DNA of 64,000 nt from Candidatus Cloacimonadales bacterium (GTDB taxonomy: Bacteria; Cloacimonadota; Cloacimonadia; Cloacimonadales; JAFGVF01). This document shows, piece by piece, positions 1-8,553 of this stretch. The translations under genes and the position numbers were made by a program. Each line of letters begins with the position of its first letter. The first letter of the stretch is position 1. The stretch is taken from NCBI GenBank assembly GCA_963677495.2, contig CAXXOU010000004.1, forward strand, positions 576,001-640,000, given 5' to 3'. The notes under the pieces were generated by a model. It saw nothing but the letters and a program-made list of their open reading frames with translations. It did no database searches and was not told the origin of the DNA.

Positions 1-2
1 CT

Positions 3-3000
3 ATAAACTTTGTATCCAAGGAACGCTCTTGTTAAACCACCGGAAGTAGCCGGAGCATCCCAGCTCAAGTTTACATCATCATCTAATACATTAAGTGTGA
101 AGTTCTGAGCAGGATATAATACTTCAACAAGGGCATTCTCTGTGTTGGATGCATCTGATAATCCAGAATCATAAACAGCTTTCACATAGTAGTTGTAACT
201 TCCATTTGCTAAGTCGTTATCATTATAACTCAAACCGGTTGTCTCATCGATTTCAACATCGTTACGATATACTTTGTAGTTAACTAAATCCCTATTCTGG
301 GCTTCTAATCTTCCTAAAACACCTGTTTGAGGAGCAATCCAGGTTAATGCTACACTATCATCAGTAACTTGTGCAGTAAGTGTTCTTGGCGGATACAAAA
401 CTTCCACTACTGCTACTGCATCGTTTGAGGCATCAGAAGCACCGGAATCAGAGTCGTTGTGAGTAATAAGATAGTAAGTATAAGTCCCATTAGATAGATT
501 ACTATCAATATACTGTGTTTGCAATGAGTTGTCTATTAACTCTAACTCAAATCCATTCCTAAACAACTGGTAATGAGTAATACTTCTGCCACCTACAGCA
601 GGTAAATCCCAGCTTAATGTTACATCTGCTTGATTCACGGAAGCAACAACATTAGTTACAGGGTTAGGATACTCAATTACTTTACTATCACTATTAGAAG
701 CTTCAGATAAACCAGAATCATAAACTGCTTTAACATAATAGTTGTATGTGCCATCATCTAGTAACAGATCACTATATTGTATATCATTAACCTCAGCTAT
801 TTCGGTATCATTACGATAAACTTTGTAGCCCATTAAGTTGCGCAAGCCACCACTGTTAACAGGTGCGACCCAACTTATGTTTATGTTATTTCTATCGAAA
901 ACACTAGTAGCTAATCCGGTTGCAGGATATAACACTTCAACATTCATATCAACACTATTAGTTGCAGATGATTCACCAGCGTCATAAATAGCAGTAACAT
1001 AGTATTGGTAAACACCGTTACTTAAATCATCATCATTATAAGTTAGTTCTGTTGTTTCATCAATCTGTGAGTTATCTCTATAGATTCTATAAGTTATGAA
1101 ACTTCTTAAACCACCACTTGTAACAGGCTCAGTCCAGCTCAAGGTTACGCTATCATCATTAACTATTCCCTGTAGAGCAGTAGGAGGATAAGTAACATCC
1201 ATCTCTACATCAACAACATTCGAAGGTATCGATTCCTCTGCAGTGTACAAAGCAGTAACATAGTATGAATAATCACCATTAACTAAATCTACATCTCTAT
1301 ATGTAAGAACAGCAGGATCGGCAATATGGACAAGCTCAACTCCATCTCTATAGACTTTAAAACCATCCATAGAACGGTTAGTTCTCTGTTCTAAGCGTAA
1401 TTGGGTAGCAGAAGTTGCTGGTGGTGTCCAGTTCAGAACAAAGTCATCATCTTCCTGAGTAGCTGTCAGGTCTCTTGGTGGATAAGCAACTTCCACAAAG
1501 ATATTATTTACAGCTACGGGAGTTGATTCTCCAGTTGTATAAACAGCAGTCACTTCATAGTCGTAATACCCATTTGTTAATGCTGTATCATCATATGTTA
1601 AAGTTCCGGGTTGGTTAACAAAGTGAACCAAGTTATTATCACGATATATATTGTAACCATTGAAACTTCTTAAACCACCACTATTAACGGGTTGATCCCA
1701 GCTAAGTGTTACTACATCTCCACTCACATTTGCAGAGAGTGTAGTACATGGATATAGTACTTCCATAAGAACGTTTATGTTATTTGAAGCTGCAGAAGTA
1801 CCGGTTGCATAAGTAGCAGTAACATAATAGTCATAAACTCCATTAACAATATCTTCATCAAGATAATACAATCTGTTTGGATTAAAGATCATTGCAATCT
1901 GCTGGTTGTTTCTAAAGATTGAGTAACTCTGAATATTCTCTGAGTTAGCATCTCTTTCCCAAGCTAATCTAACATTGATTTGATTCTCAATGGTATAAGT
2001 AAGATTTACAGGTGGATAGAGTACTTCAATATCAATCGAAGCTGGAGTCCCTGCTTCAGATTCACCGTTTGTATGTATCGCTGTTACATTATAGACATAG
2101 CTACCGTTTGAGAGTCCTATGTCTGTGTATGTAAGAGTTGCCGGATCATTTATCTGTGCAATAGCAACATCATCGCGATAAATATTAAATCCAAGCAAGT
2201 CACGTGTCCCTGCAGGAGCAACCCAATCTAATTGTACATCATTAGTATTTACTAACTGTGCAGTAAGACCTGTGGGAGGAGTAGGCACACCAATGGATGC
2301 AATTGCAATATTGGATGGAGCTGATTCACCAATTGTATAGATTGCAGTTACAAAGTATCTGTAAACACCCGGTACCAAATCTAAATCATCAGAGTTTAGT
2401 GTAGATTCATTGTTGATTGTTGTTATCAAAGTGTCATTTCTATAAATCTTATAACCACTTAAACTTCTTCCATCTCTGAATGAAGGAGGTCTACTCCAAC
2501 TAAGTGATATGTCATCAGTAGAAACCACTTCAGCGATAAGATTAGTAGGTGTGTATGGTACTTCCACTTCTAAGGTTATAGGGTTTGAAGGGTTAGATAA
2601 ACCTTCCTGATAAAAAGCTTTAACATAGTATGAATACTCACCATTTGGGAGGTTTGAATCTGTATAAGTTAACACATTAGGGTTACTAACAGTGATAAGT
2701 TCAGTTCCATTTCTGTAAACTCTGTATCCGATTAAACTACGTGTTATACCTAATGGTTGGTCCCAAGTTAGCTGTATATCGTTGTTATTAACAACCTGTG
2801 CATTAAAGTTTTCTACAGGATTAAGTGGAGTATCACCATTAGGAAAGTCGATTGCGTCAATCCAGGCACAGTCCTGTCCTTCTACAGTTGCACCATCTTT
2901 TCGGTACTCCCATTTGAAAGTATGAACACCTGCTGTCACAGGATACTCTTCATACTCCCAGTTAGTTTGTCCATCCCATCTTTCCATCTCAATATCATCT

Positions 3001-4013
3001 ATCCAGAATGAAAGATAGTCATAAGTCGGTGTACCCCATGAGTTTTCACAAGAGACCTTACGGTTAAAGGAGATAACATCATCTGCCACAACATCTATCT
3101 CAATGTATAAGCTAGCTGTCTGATTATGATTTATCTGTCCGGATTTAGCAGCCTGAACTCCATAATAGTGTTCATTAGTTGTTATAGTCCAATCTGAACT
3201 TCCACTGAATTGCCAGTTAAAACCAGAGAAGTCACCTTCAAAGTTTTCATCAATAGTTACAGGTCCCAAACCGGGATATATCCCAACAACTGCTGATTGA
3301 CCTGAGGTTAAATCCAAACCTTCGTAATTTAATGTATTAAGCGTGTAATAACCATTGCTATTGCCATCCTTACCCCAATTAACGTGGAACTCATTACCGT
3401 TTTGCCAACCGTCTATTACAAAGCCAATTTCTCCATCAACAGTGTCTGCTGTATAAAGAACAGGTCTGCCTTGATTCAATTCATCTTTAATCAACTGCTC
3501 CCAGTTTGGATCTGAATATGAACTTCTATCAACCAACGTCAATGAGCTGTCATACCTAAAATTATTCAGCAATGCACTATAGGCATTTGCTATAGGAGCA
3601 TAAGATGCATTTGTCCCATAATCCATATTCAAGGCAATACCTGCATGTGAAATCAACTCTGTTGAGCCACTCAACACAAGTGTATTGGACATTGAACCCC
3701 AATTGTAATCTGTATTCTCAAAGTTTGCTGAAAGATTACCATATACGGGGTGATCGTAACTATTAGAACCTACTCCATTCGCAGGATGATTCCAAAACTT
3801 CATTATCATTGCTGTTGATACAGCCATAGTTCCTGCATCTGCATTATTACCAGACCCGGCATTATCATTTGGACACTCATCGTTCCACTCATTCCCGGTA
3901 CCCCACAAACTTTGCACCATTGGTGCAACATCTGCATAAGCGGTTAATGGGATTAGGAGTGTAAACATAGTAATCATGAGAACGTTAAAAAAACGTCTGT
4001 TTACAAATTGCAT
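3..4013 (-). CDS. Large secreted protein, 3' end outside the window: signal peptide, C10 (streptopain-like) peptidase-fold domain with degenerate catalytic residues, a beta-sandwich domain, and at least 11 tandem FN3-like repeats
   Basis: Not in the ORF track because it has no stop in the window. Translated by hand: ATG at 4013 after GAGGAG, MQFVNRRFFNVLMITMFTLLIPLTAYA-DVAPMVQSLWGTGNEWNDECP...AGTMAVSTAMIMKFWNHP...GRPVLY...GFVIDGW...FHVNWG. W-x-x-P...GY-x-[VI]YR units recur about every 260-290 nt from about 2830 to 1, and both ends are in the same frame. Confidence 0.85.
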   Translation of the reverse strand, partial: MQFVNRRFFNVLMITMFTLLIPLTAYADVAPMVQSLWGTGNEWNDECPNDNAGSGNNADAGTMAVSTAMIMKFWNHPANGVGSNSYDHPVYGNLSANFENTDYNWGSMSNTLVLSGSTELISHAGIALNMDYGTNASYAPIANAYSALLNNFRYDSSLTLVDRSSYSDPNWEQLIKDELNQGRPVLYTADTVDGEIGFVIDGWQNGNEFHVNWGKDGNSNGYYTLNTLNYEGLDLTSGQSAVVGIYPGLGPVTIDENFEGDFSGFNWQFSGSSDWTITTNEHYYGVQAAKSGQINHNQTASLYIEIDVVADDVISFNRKVSCENSWGTPTYDYLSFWIDDIEMERWDGQTNWEYEEYPVTAGVHTFKWEYRKDGATVEGQDCAWIDAIDFPNGDTPLNPVENFNAQVVNNNDIQLTWDQPLGITRSLIGYRVYRNGTELITVSNPNVLTYTDSNLPNGEYSYYVKAFYQEGLSNPSNPITLEVEVPYTPTNLIAEVVSTDDISLSWSRPPSFRDGRSLSGYKIYRNDTLITTINNESTLNSDDLDLVPGVYRYFVTAIYTIGESAPSNIAIASIGVPTPPTGLTAQLVNTNDVQLDWVAPAGTRDLLGFNIYRDDVAIAQINDPATLTYTDIGLSNGSYVYNVTAIHTNGESEAGTPASIDIEVLYPPVNLTYTIENQINVRLAWERDANSENIQSYSIFRNNQQIAMIFNPNRLYYLDEDIVNGVYDYYVTATYATGTSAASNNINVLMEVLYPCTTLSANVSGDVVTLSWDQPVNSGGLRSFNGYNIYRDNNLVHFVNQPGTLTYDDTALTNGYYDYEVTAVYTTGESTPVAVNNIFVEVAYPPRDLTATQEDDDFVLNWTPPATSATQLRLEQRTNRSMDGFKVYRDGVELVHIADPAVLTYRDVDLVNGDYSYYVTALYTAEESIPSNVVDVEMDVTYPPTALQGIVNDDSVTLSWTEPVTSGGLRSFITYRIYRDNSQIDETTELTYNDDDLSNGVYQYYVTAIYDAGESSATNSVDMNVEVLYPATGLATSVFDRNNINISWVAPVNSGGLRNLMGYKVYRNDTEIAEVNDIQYSDLLLDDGTYNYYVKAVYDSGLSEASNSDSKVIEYPNPVTNVVASVNQADVTLSWDLPAVGGRSITHYQLFRNGFELELIDNSLQTQYIDSNLSNGTYTYYLITHNDSDSGASDASNDAVAVVEVLYPPRTLTAQVTDDSVALTWIAPQTGVLGRLEAQNRDLVNYKVYRNDVEIDETTGLSYNDNDLANGSYNYYVKAVYDSGLSDASNTENALVEVLYPAQNFTLNVLDDDVNLSWDAPATSGGLTRAFLGYKVY

Positions 4014-4184
4014 AAATCTGTGCTCCTCTTTCTATTTATCTATATTTCAAACATTTACTAACCCAATAACATAATATAAGAAGTGCAAGTACTTTCCTAA
4101 GTAAACTCCTAAGTTATTATATTACATTATATAAAGCAATTATTATTCCTGTTCGGTTCTAAAGTGAAATCTGCAACAACTTAC

Positions 4185-4300
4185 CGCATTTCAGGGAGTT
4201 TGTCGGCCTGATAAGGCAACGGACTTCCTGAAATGCACTCCGAAGTCGCAATTCCCTGATTCGTTCTCGCGTCACGCTATCGCTGCAACGCAAGTCCGAA
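4185..4300. repeat. REP-like hairpin mosaic (GGAGT...GGACTTC hairpin plus TTCGTTCTCGCGTCA...GCAAGTCCGA module)
   Basis: Hairpin GCATTTCAGGGAGT...ACTTCCTGAAATGC. The downstream module recurs at 8236-8310, 11333-11372 and partly at 37214-37243. Confidence 0.7.
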
Positions 4301-4307
4301 ATTAACA

Positions 4308-4510
4308 TACACAGCGCCTTTTTCAATAACTTAGCTACATTTATTGCCCTTTTTACTCTCTTTTACTGCCCTATCCGGCAACGCACTGTGTCTGCACTGT
4401 GCCCCCACTGTGAAGGCACTGCTAACCCACTGTTTCACCGGGTGCACAGTGCGTGCACAGTGGGAAAACAGTGGGATGACTGCGTTTTGTTGGATAGATT
4501 GCAGGAAGCA
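4308..4510. repeat. Dispersed ~200-bp element with an 11-bp-phased CACTG/CAGTG inverted array (copy 1 of type A)
   Basis: CACTG at 4384, 4395, 4406, 4417, 4428 and CAGTG at 4447, 4458, 4469. Homologous copy at about 41811-42012. Confidence 0.85.
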
Positions 4511-4642
4511 GACAGAGGAATAAGATTAATGAGATTACACTTGACGTATTAACAGCATAAGTAATATTTCTGAAAGGTCTACTTACTGTGGTTAGACTTT
4601 GAATTACGATTATCATTTAGAGAAAAGATATATGGAGGAGAG

Positions 4643-7354
4643 ATGAAGAAGATCCTGACGCTATTTATTTTTATAACTATCTTAACTTCTATGTGGGCTC
4701 ATATGACCTATTATGAGACTACTTTAACTCAACCTGACGGTACTGAGTTTGAAGTTACAATAACCGGTGACCAGTACTTTCGTTCAGTTGCGGATAAGGA
4801 GAATTATACTCTTATTGTTGAACCTAAGACAGGGGAGTGGATGTATGCAATGAAAGGAAGAGATGGTTTAGTACCAAGTCCTTACAAACAGGGTACTATT
4901 GACCCATCTACTATAGGAATTGAACCCGGTTTAGCATACTCAACGAATCAGATAAATAAGAGAGTTGATGAGATGGAAGAGTTCTATTCTGCTAACAGCC
5001 AGTCAAGGACACCAAATACAGGTACTTTCAATAATCTTGTTGTCTTCATACGCTTTTCCGGTGAATCTGAGTTTAATCAGACACTTAGTACATACACAGA
5101 TATGATTAGTGATACAACTCCCGGTGCTAACTCCATGATTAACTTCTTCCAGGAAGCTTCATACAACCAGTTAACTATCCAATCACATTACTATCCACCT
5201 ACTTCAACAAGTTACGTTGTCTCTTATCAGGATACATATCCAAGAAGTTATTTTCAACCGTATAGTGGTTCGAACACTAATGGTTATAACGGAGATGATG
5301 AGCGTGGAGAGCGTGAATTTGCACTCTTACAAAGAGCAGTGAACTATATCGACAGCTATGTCCCTACTTCATTGAACATTGATGCAGATAACGATGGATA
5401 TGTAGATAATATTGTGTTTATTGTTAAAGGTAACACAGACGGTTGGTCAGACCTTTTATGGCCACATAGATGGGTGTTATATGGATTGAATGTATATCTT
5501 AATGGGGATAGAGTTTGGGACTTCAATTTCCAGTTACAAAATCATTTAGTTAGTAGCGGTAACGGCGTTATGTGTCATGAAATGTTCCATTCAGTCGGGG
5601 CTCCTGACCTTTATCACTATAGTCAGGACAATATGGATCCTGTGGGACAATGGGATCTTATGGAGGCTACAACTAATCCGCCACAACACATGTTGATGTA
5701 TATGAAATACAGGTATGGACTTTGGGTTAATAATATACCTGAAATTACAACAAGTGGAACCTACACATTAGCTCCAAGCATGGATAGTGCGAATAACTGC
5801 TATAAGATAGCTTCGACGGACTCAGATGAATACTATGTTTTAGAGTATCGCAAAATGGAAGGAACCTTCGAGAGTAGTTTACCCGGTGAAGGTCTGGTGA
5901 TTTATAGAATCAATACAAATGTTGATGGAGAGGGTAATAGAAATGGTCCTCCGGATGAAGTATACGTTTATCGTCCAAACGGAACTTTAACTGCAAATGG
6001 TAATTCAAGTGCAGGTGTCTTCAACGCATCTTATGGAAGAACCGAGATTAATGATTACACAAATCCAAACGGTTTCCTTTCTGACGGTTCACTAGGTGGT
6101 TTAAACATATCACAAGTAACAACAGCGGGAAATACTATATCATTCTATGCTAATATTGGTGGAACAGGTGCACCAGATGTATCAGTATCACCAACTTCAT
6201 TATCAGCATCTCTACCCCCTGATGCAACTGGTACTCGAACAGTTAGAATTACCAATAATGGTACTGCACCGTTAACTTATAACATTAGCCTACAAGATGG
6301 AACCAGGAACTCAGGTGGTCCAACAACTAGTGGTTACTACTGGCTTGATAGTGCTGAAGCTAATGGACCTGCTTATGTCTGGAATGATATAAGTTCAAGT
6401 GGAACAGAGATTAACTTCACATCAGATGACCAGATCTCTTCAACTATCAACTTAGGTTTTAGTTTCCCATATTACGAAAATAGCTATTCATCTCTAGCAG
6501 TATGTGGTAATGGTTTCCTTAGTTTCTCAGGTACAGATACAGAGTGGAGTAATGAGGATATACCTGATAGTAGTACACCAAATAGTTATATTGCTCCTTT
6601 CTGGGATGATTTAAGTCCACAACAAAGTGGTTCAGTTCATTATTATAGCGATACTGTCAATCAGCGCTTTATTGTACAGTTTACAAATGTACCGCATTAT
6701 TACACTGTAACCGGAACATATACTTTCCAAGTTCACCTGTATGCAAACGGTGAAATCTATTTCTACTATAACAATATGCAAGATACTGTTGATAGTGCAA
6801 CAATTGGAATGGAGAACAGTGATGGCTCTGAAGGTCTTAAGATTGCTTATAATCAAAGCTATGTAACTAACAATAGAGCAGTTCTTATCAGTAATGTTAA
6901 TTTCATACAAGATGATGTTGATTGGGCTGATGCAACTCCAACTGTTGGATCAATAAACCCGAATCAGTATGAGGATGTTACTATTAATATTGATACAGCA
7001 GGACTGAGTGCCGGTAGTAATTATACAGCATCAATTGTGATTAATTCCAATGATAGTGATCAACCATCGATTACTGTACCATTATACCTAGCAGTCACAG
7101 GTTCCTTGGATGCACCTGCAAACGCAACTGCAAGAGTAGTCAATGGACAGATGCAACTGAAATGGTCACCGGTAGCGGGAGCAAGTTCCTATAACGTGTT
7201 TATGCAGAACCCAAGTAATGGTACTTATTACAACAGAAATACTTATGGTACTTTTGGCACAGAAGGTGGTTATGTGACTTGGACAACTATCTTCAACTTA
7301 GGAAATGTCAGTTGGGACAGAGCTTTCTTCTACATTAAAGCAGTAGCTGAATAG
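4643..7354 (+). CDS. Secreted M6 family (immune inhibitor A-like) zinc metalloprotease with Ig-like and nidogen-like domains and a WDRAFF-type C-terminal domain
   Basis: Signal peptide, QPDG propeptide, DxDNDGYVD, WPH, HEMFHSVGAPDLY zinc motif, WDLM Met-turn, IAPFWDDL module. Confidence 0.88.
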   Translation: MKKILTLFIFITILTSMWAHMTYYETTLTQPDGTEFEVTITGDQYFRSVADKENYTLIVEPKTGEWMYAMKGRDGLVPSPYKQGTIDPSTIGIEPGLAYSTNQINKRVDEMEEFYSANSQSRTPNTGTFNNLVVFIRFSGESEFNQTLSTYTDMISDTTPGANSMINFFQEASYNQLTIQSHYYPPTSTSYVVSYQDTYPRSYFQPYSGSNTNGYNGDDERGEREFALLQRAVNYIDSYVPTSLNIDADNDGYVDNIVFIVKGNTDGWSDLLWPHRWVLYGLNVYLNGDRVWDFNFQLQNHLVSSGNGVMCHEMFHSVGAPDLYHYSQDNMDPVGQWDLMEATTNPPQHMLMYMKYRYGLWVNNIPEITTSGTYTLAPSMDSANNCYKIASTDSDEYYVLEYRKMEGTFESSLPGEGLVIYRINTNVDGEGNRNGPPDEVYVYRPNGTLTANGNSSAGVFNASYGRTEINDYTNPNGFLSDGSLGGLNISQVTTAGNTISFYANIGGTGAPDVSVSPTSLSASLPPDATGTRTVRITNNGTAPLTYNISLQDGTRNSGGPTTSGYYWLDSAEANGPAYVWNDISSSGTEINFTSDDQISSTINLGFSFPYYENSYSSLAVCGNGFLSFSGTDTEWSNEDIPDSSTPNSYIAPFWDDLSPQQSGSVHYYSDTVNQRFIVQFTNVPHYYTVTGTYTFQVHLYANGEIYFYYNNMQDTVDSATIGMENSDGSEGLKIAYNQSYVTNNRAVLISNVNFIQDDVDWADATPTVGSINPNQYEDVTINIDTAGLSAGSNYTASIVINSNDSDQPSITVPLYLAVTGSLDAPANATARVVNGQMQLKWSPVAGASSYNVFMQNPSNGTYYNRNTYGTFGTEGGYVTWTTIFNLGNVSWDRAFFYIKAVAE

Positions 7355-7375
7355 AAGATAAATAACAAACGATAT

Positions 7376-7409
7376 ATGCCGGTTTTCAAATGAGAACCGG
7401 CATTTCTTT
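7376..7409 (+). terminator. Intrinsic terminator
   Basis: ATGCCGGTTTTC-AAAT-GAGAACCGGCAT followed by TTCTTT, just after the stop codon. Confidence 0.7.
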
Positions 7410-7475
7410 AATATTTTGTATTACAATTACTAAGTTTGATTAATGTTTGTGCTGGATAAACAGCCCAAAATCAAG

Positions 7476-7750
7476 AAGCCTCCCTTGGGTTACTCTTGTC
7501 TCTCTCTTGTGTTTCTCTTGCAAAGCCAAGAGAGGGTCAAGGCTTGAGCAAGGGAAACACAAGGGTAACCTCACCACTTCTTCCTGACTCCATTCAGACT
7601 CATCTCACTCTTGTCCCACTCTCTTCCCTCAGCAGTAACAACTGCTTACTAATCAATTCTAACTTATTAATAAATTGATACTTTCCTGGTAATTAACCCA
7701 AGGATTACCCAAGTGTTTCCCAAGGGTTACCCAAGTGTCTCACAGGAATT
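7476..7750. repeat. Dispersed ~275-bp element with 11-bp-phased CTTG/CAAG arrays (copy 1 of type B)
   Basis: CTTG at 7484, 7495, 7506, 7517; CAAG at 7527, 7538, 7549, 7560 and at 7699, 7710, 7721, 7732. Colinear copy at about 58273-58550. Confidence 0.8.
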
Positions 7751-7819
7751 GTAAAGCCGAAAATGCATAGGAAATCAGCATTATCTGGATTGAATGAGAG
7801 AAATGCAGTATTCTCCTTT

Positions 7820-8470
7820 AAGGGTAGTACTTGCACCGCAACGAATTGTGGGAGAGAACAAACAAAAGAAGCAACACGAAAACACTAAATAGACTAAAAG
7901 GGAATGCGATACATTAGTAATTTCTAAGGAGTATGTCAGTCTGAAAGAAGAAAGGACTTCTTAGAATGGCACCACTGACTCAAGATTAGCTTACCACTCT
8001 TCGCTGAATGCGATATATTCGTTATTTCTAAGGAGTTTGTCAGAGTGAAGCTTGCGAGCGAAAACGGACTTCTTGGAGTGGCAATATAACCGTTATTTAG
8101 CTATAAACTGATAACTGACAAGATTCTTAAAGAAGTCCTTTTTCACTTCGTAAACTTCGTTCTGAAGAACTCCTTTAAGAGTAGTACTTGAATCGCAACG
8201 AAGTGTGATTTGATAATTCCGGTACTCGTGTCCAATTCGTTCTCGCGTCAAGAGCCTTCGCTCATCAGCTACGGCTTCTCAAGTGCTATCGCTACAACGC
8301 AAGTCCGAGATAGTTTCTTCGAAGTGCACCATTCGGAAGGTCTTCGACCATTCAGAAGGTACAGATGATTATTAGGTTTTAGCTCTGAAGGAGCTACTGT
8401 TTAATAGCCCCATGCGTGAGCGTGGGGTTATGAATCCCCCCAAAAATTATGGAGCCCTGTAGGGGCGAAA
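7820..8470. repeat. Cluster of REP-like palindromic modules (BIME-like mosaic)
   Basis: GTAGTACTTG-x-A-x-CGCAACG occurs twice (about 7824 and 8181). Three related TAAGGAGT..GGACTTCTT hairpins at about 7920, 8025 and inverted at 8125. AGCCCTGTAGGGGCG-type hairpin at about 8452. Modules are shared with 4185-4300, 11250-11430, 32520-32720 and 36470-37245. Confidence 0.7.
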
Positions 8471-8553
8471 GAGAAACAGCAATAAAATAAACCATTTGAC
8501 AAACAAAATATAGCTATTACAAATAACATATCCGGTATCTGTAAGGAGTTCTG

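Noticed and set aside
4380..4475. Phased repeats as a CRISPR array
   Set aside because: The cores are only 4-6 bp at an 11-bp period, there are no 23-47-bp repeats with unique spacers, and no cas genes are present.
4422..4616. Short ORFs over intergenic repeat elements (also 7496-7678, 32332-32520, 32489-32731, 36933-37220, 58483-58719)
   Set aside because: They overlie 11-bp arrays or REP palindromes, lack RBS and protein motifs, and I saw no equivalent ORF conserved between homologous copies.
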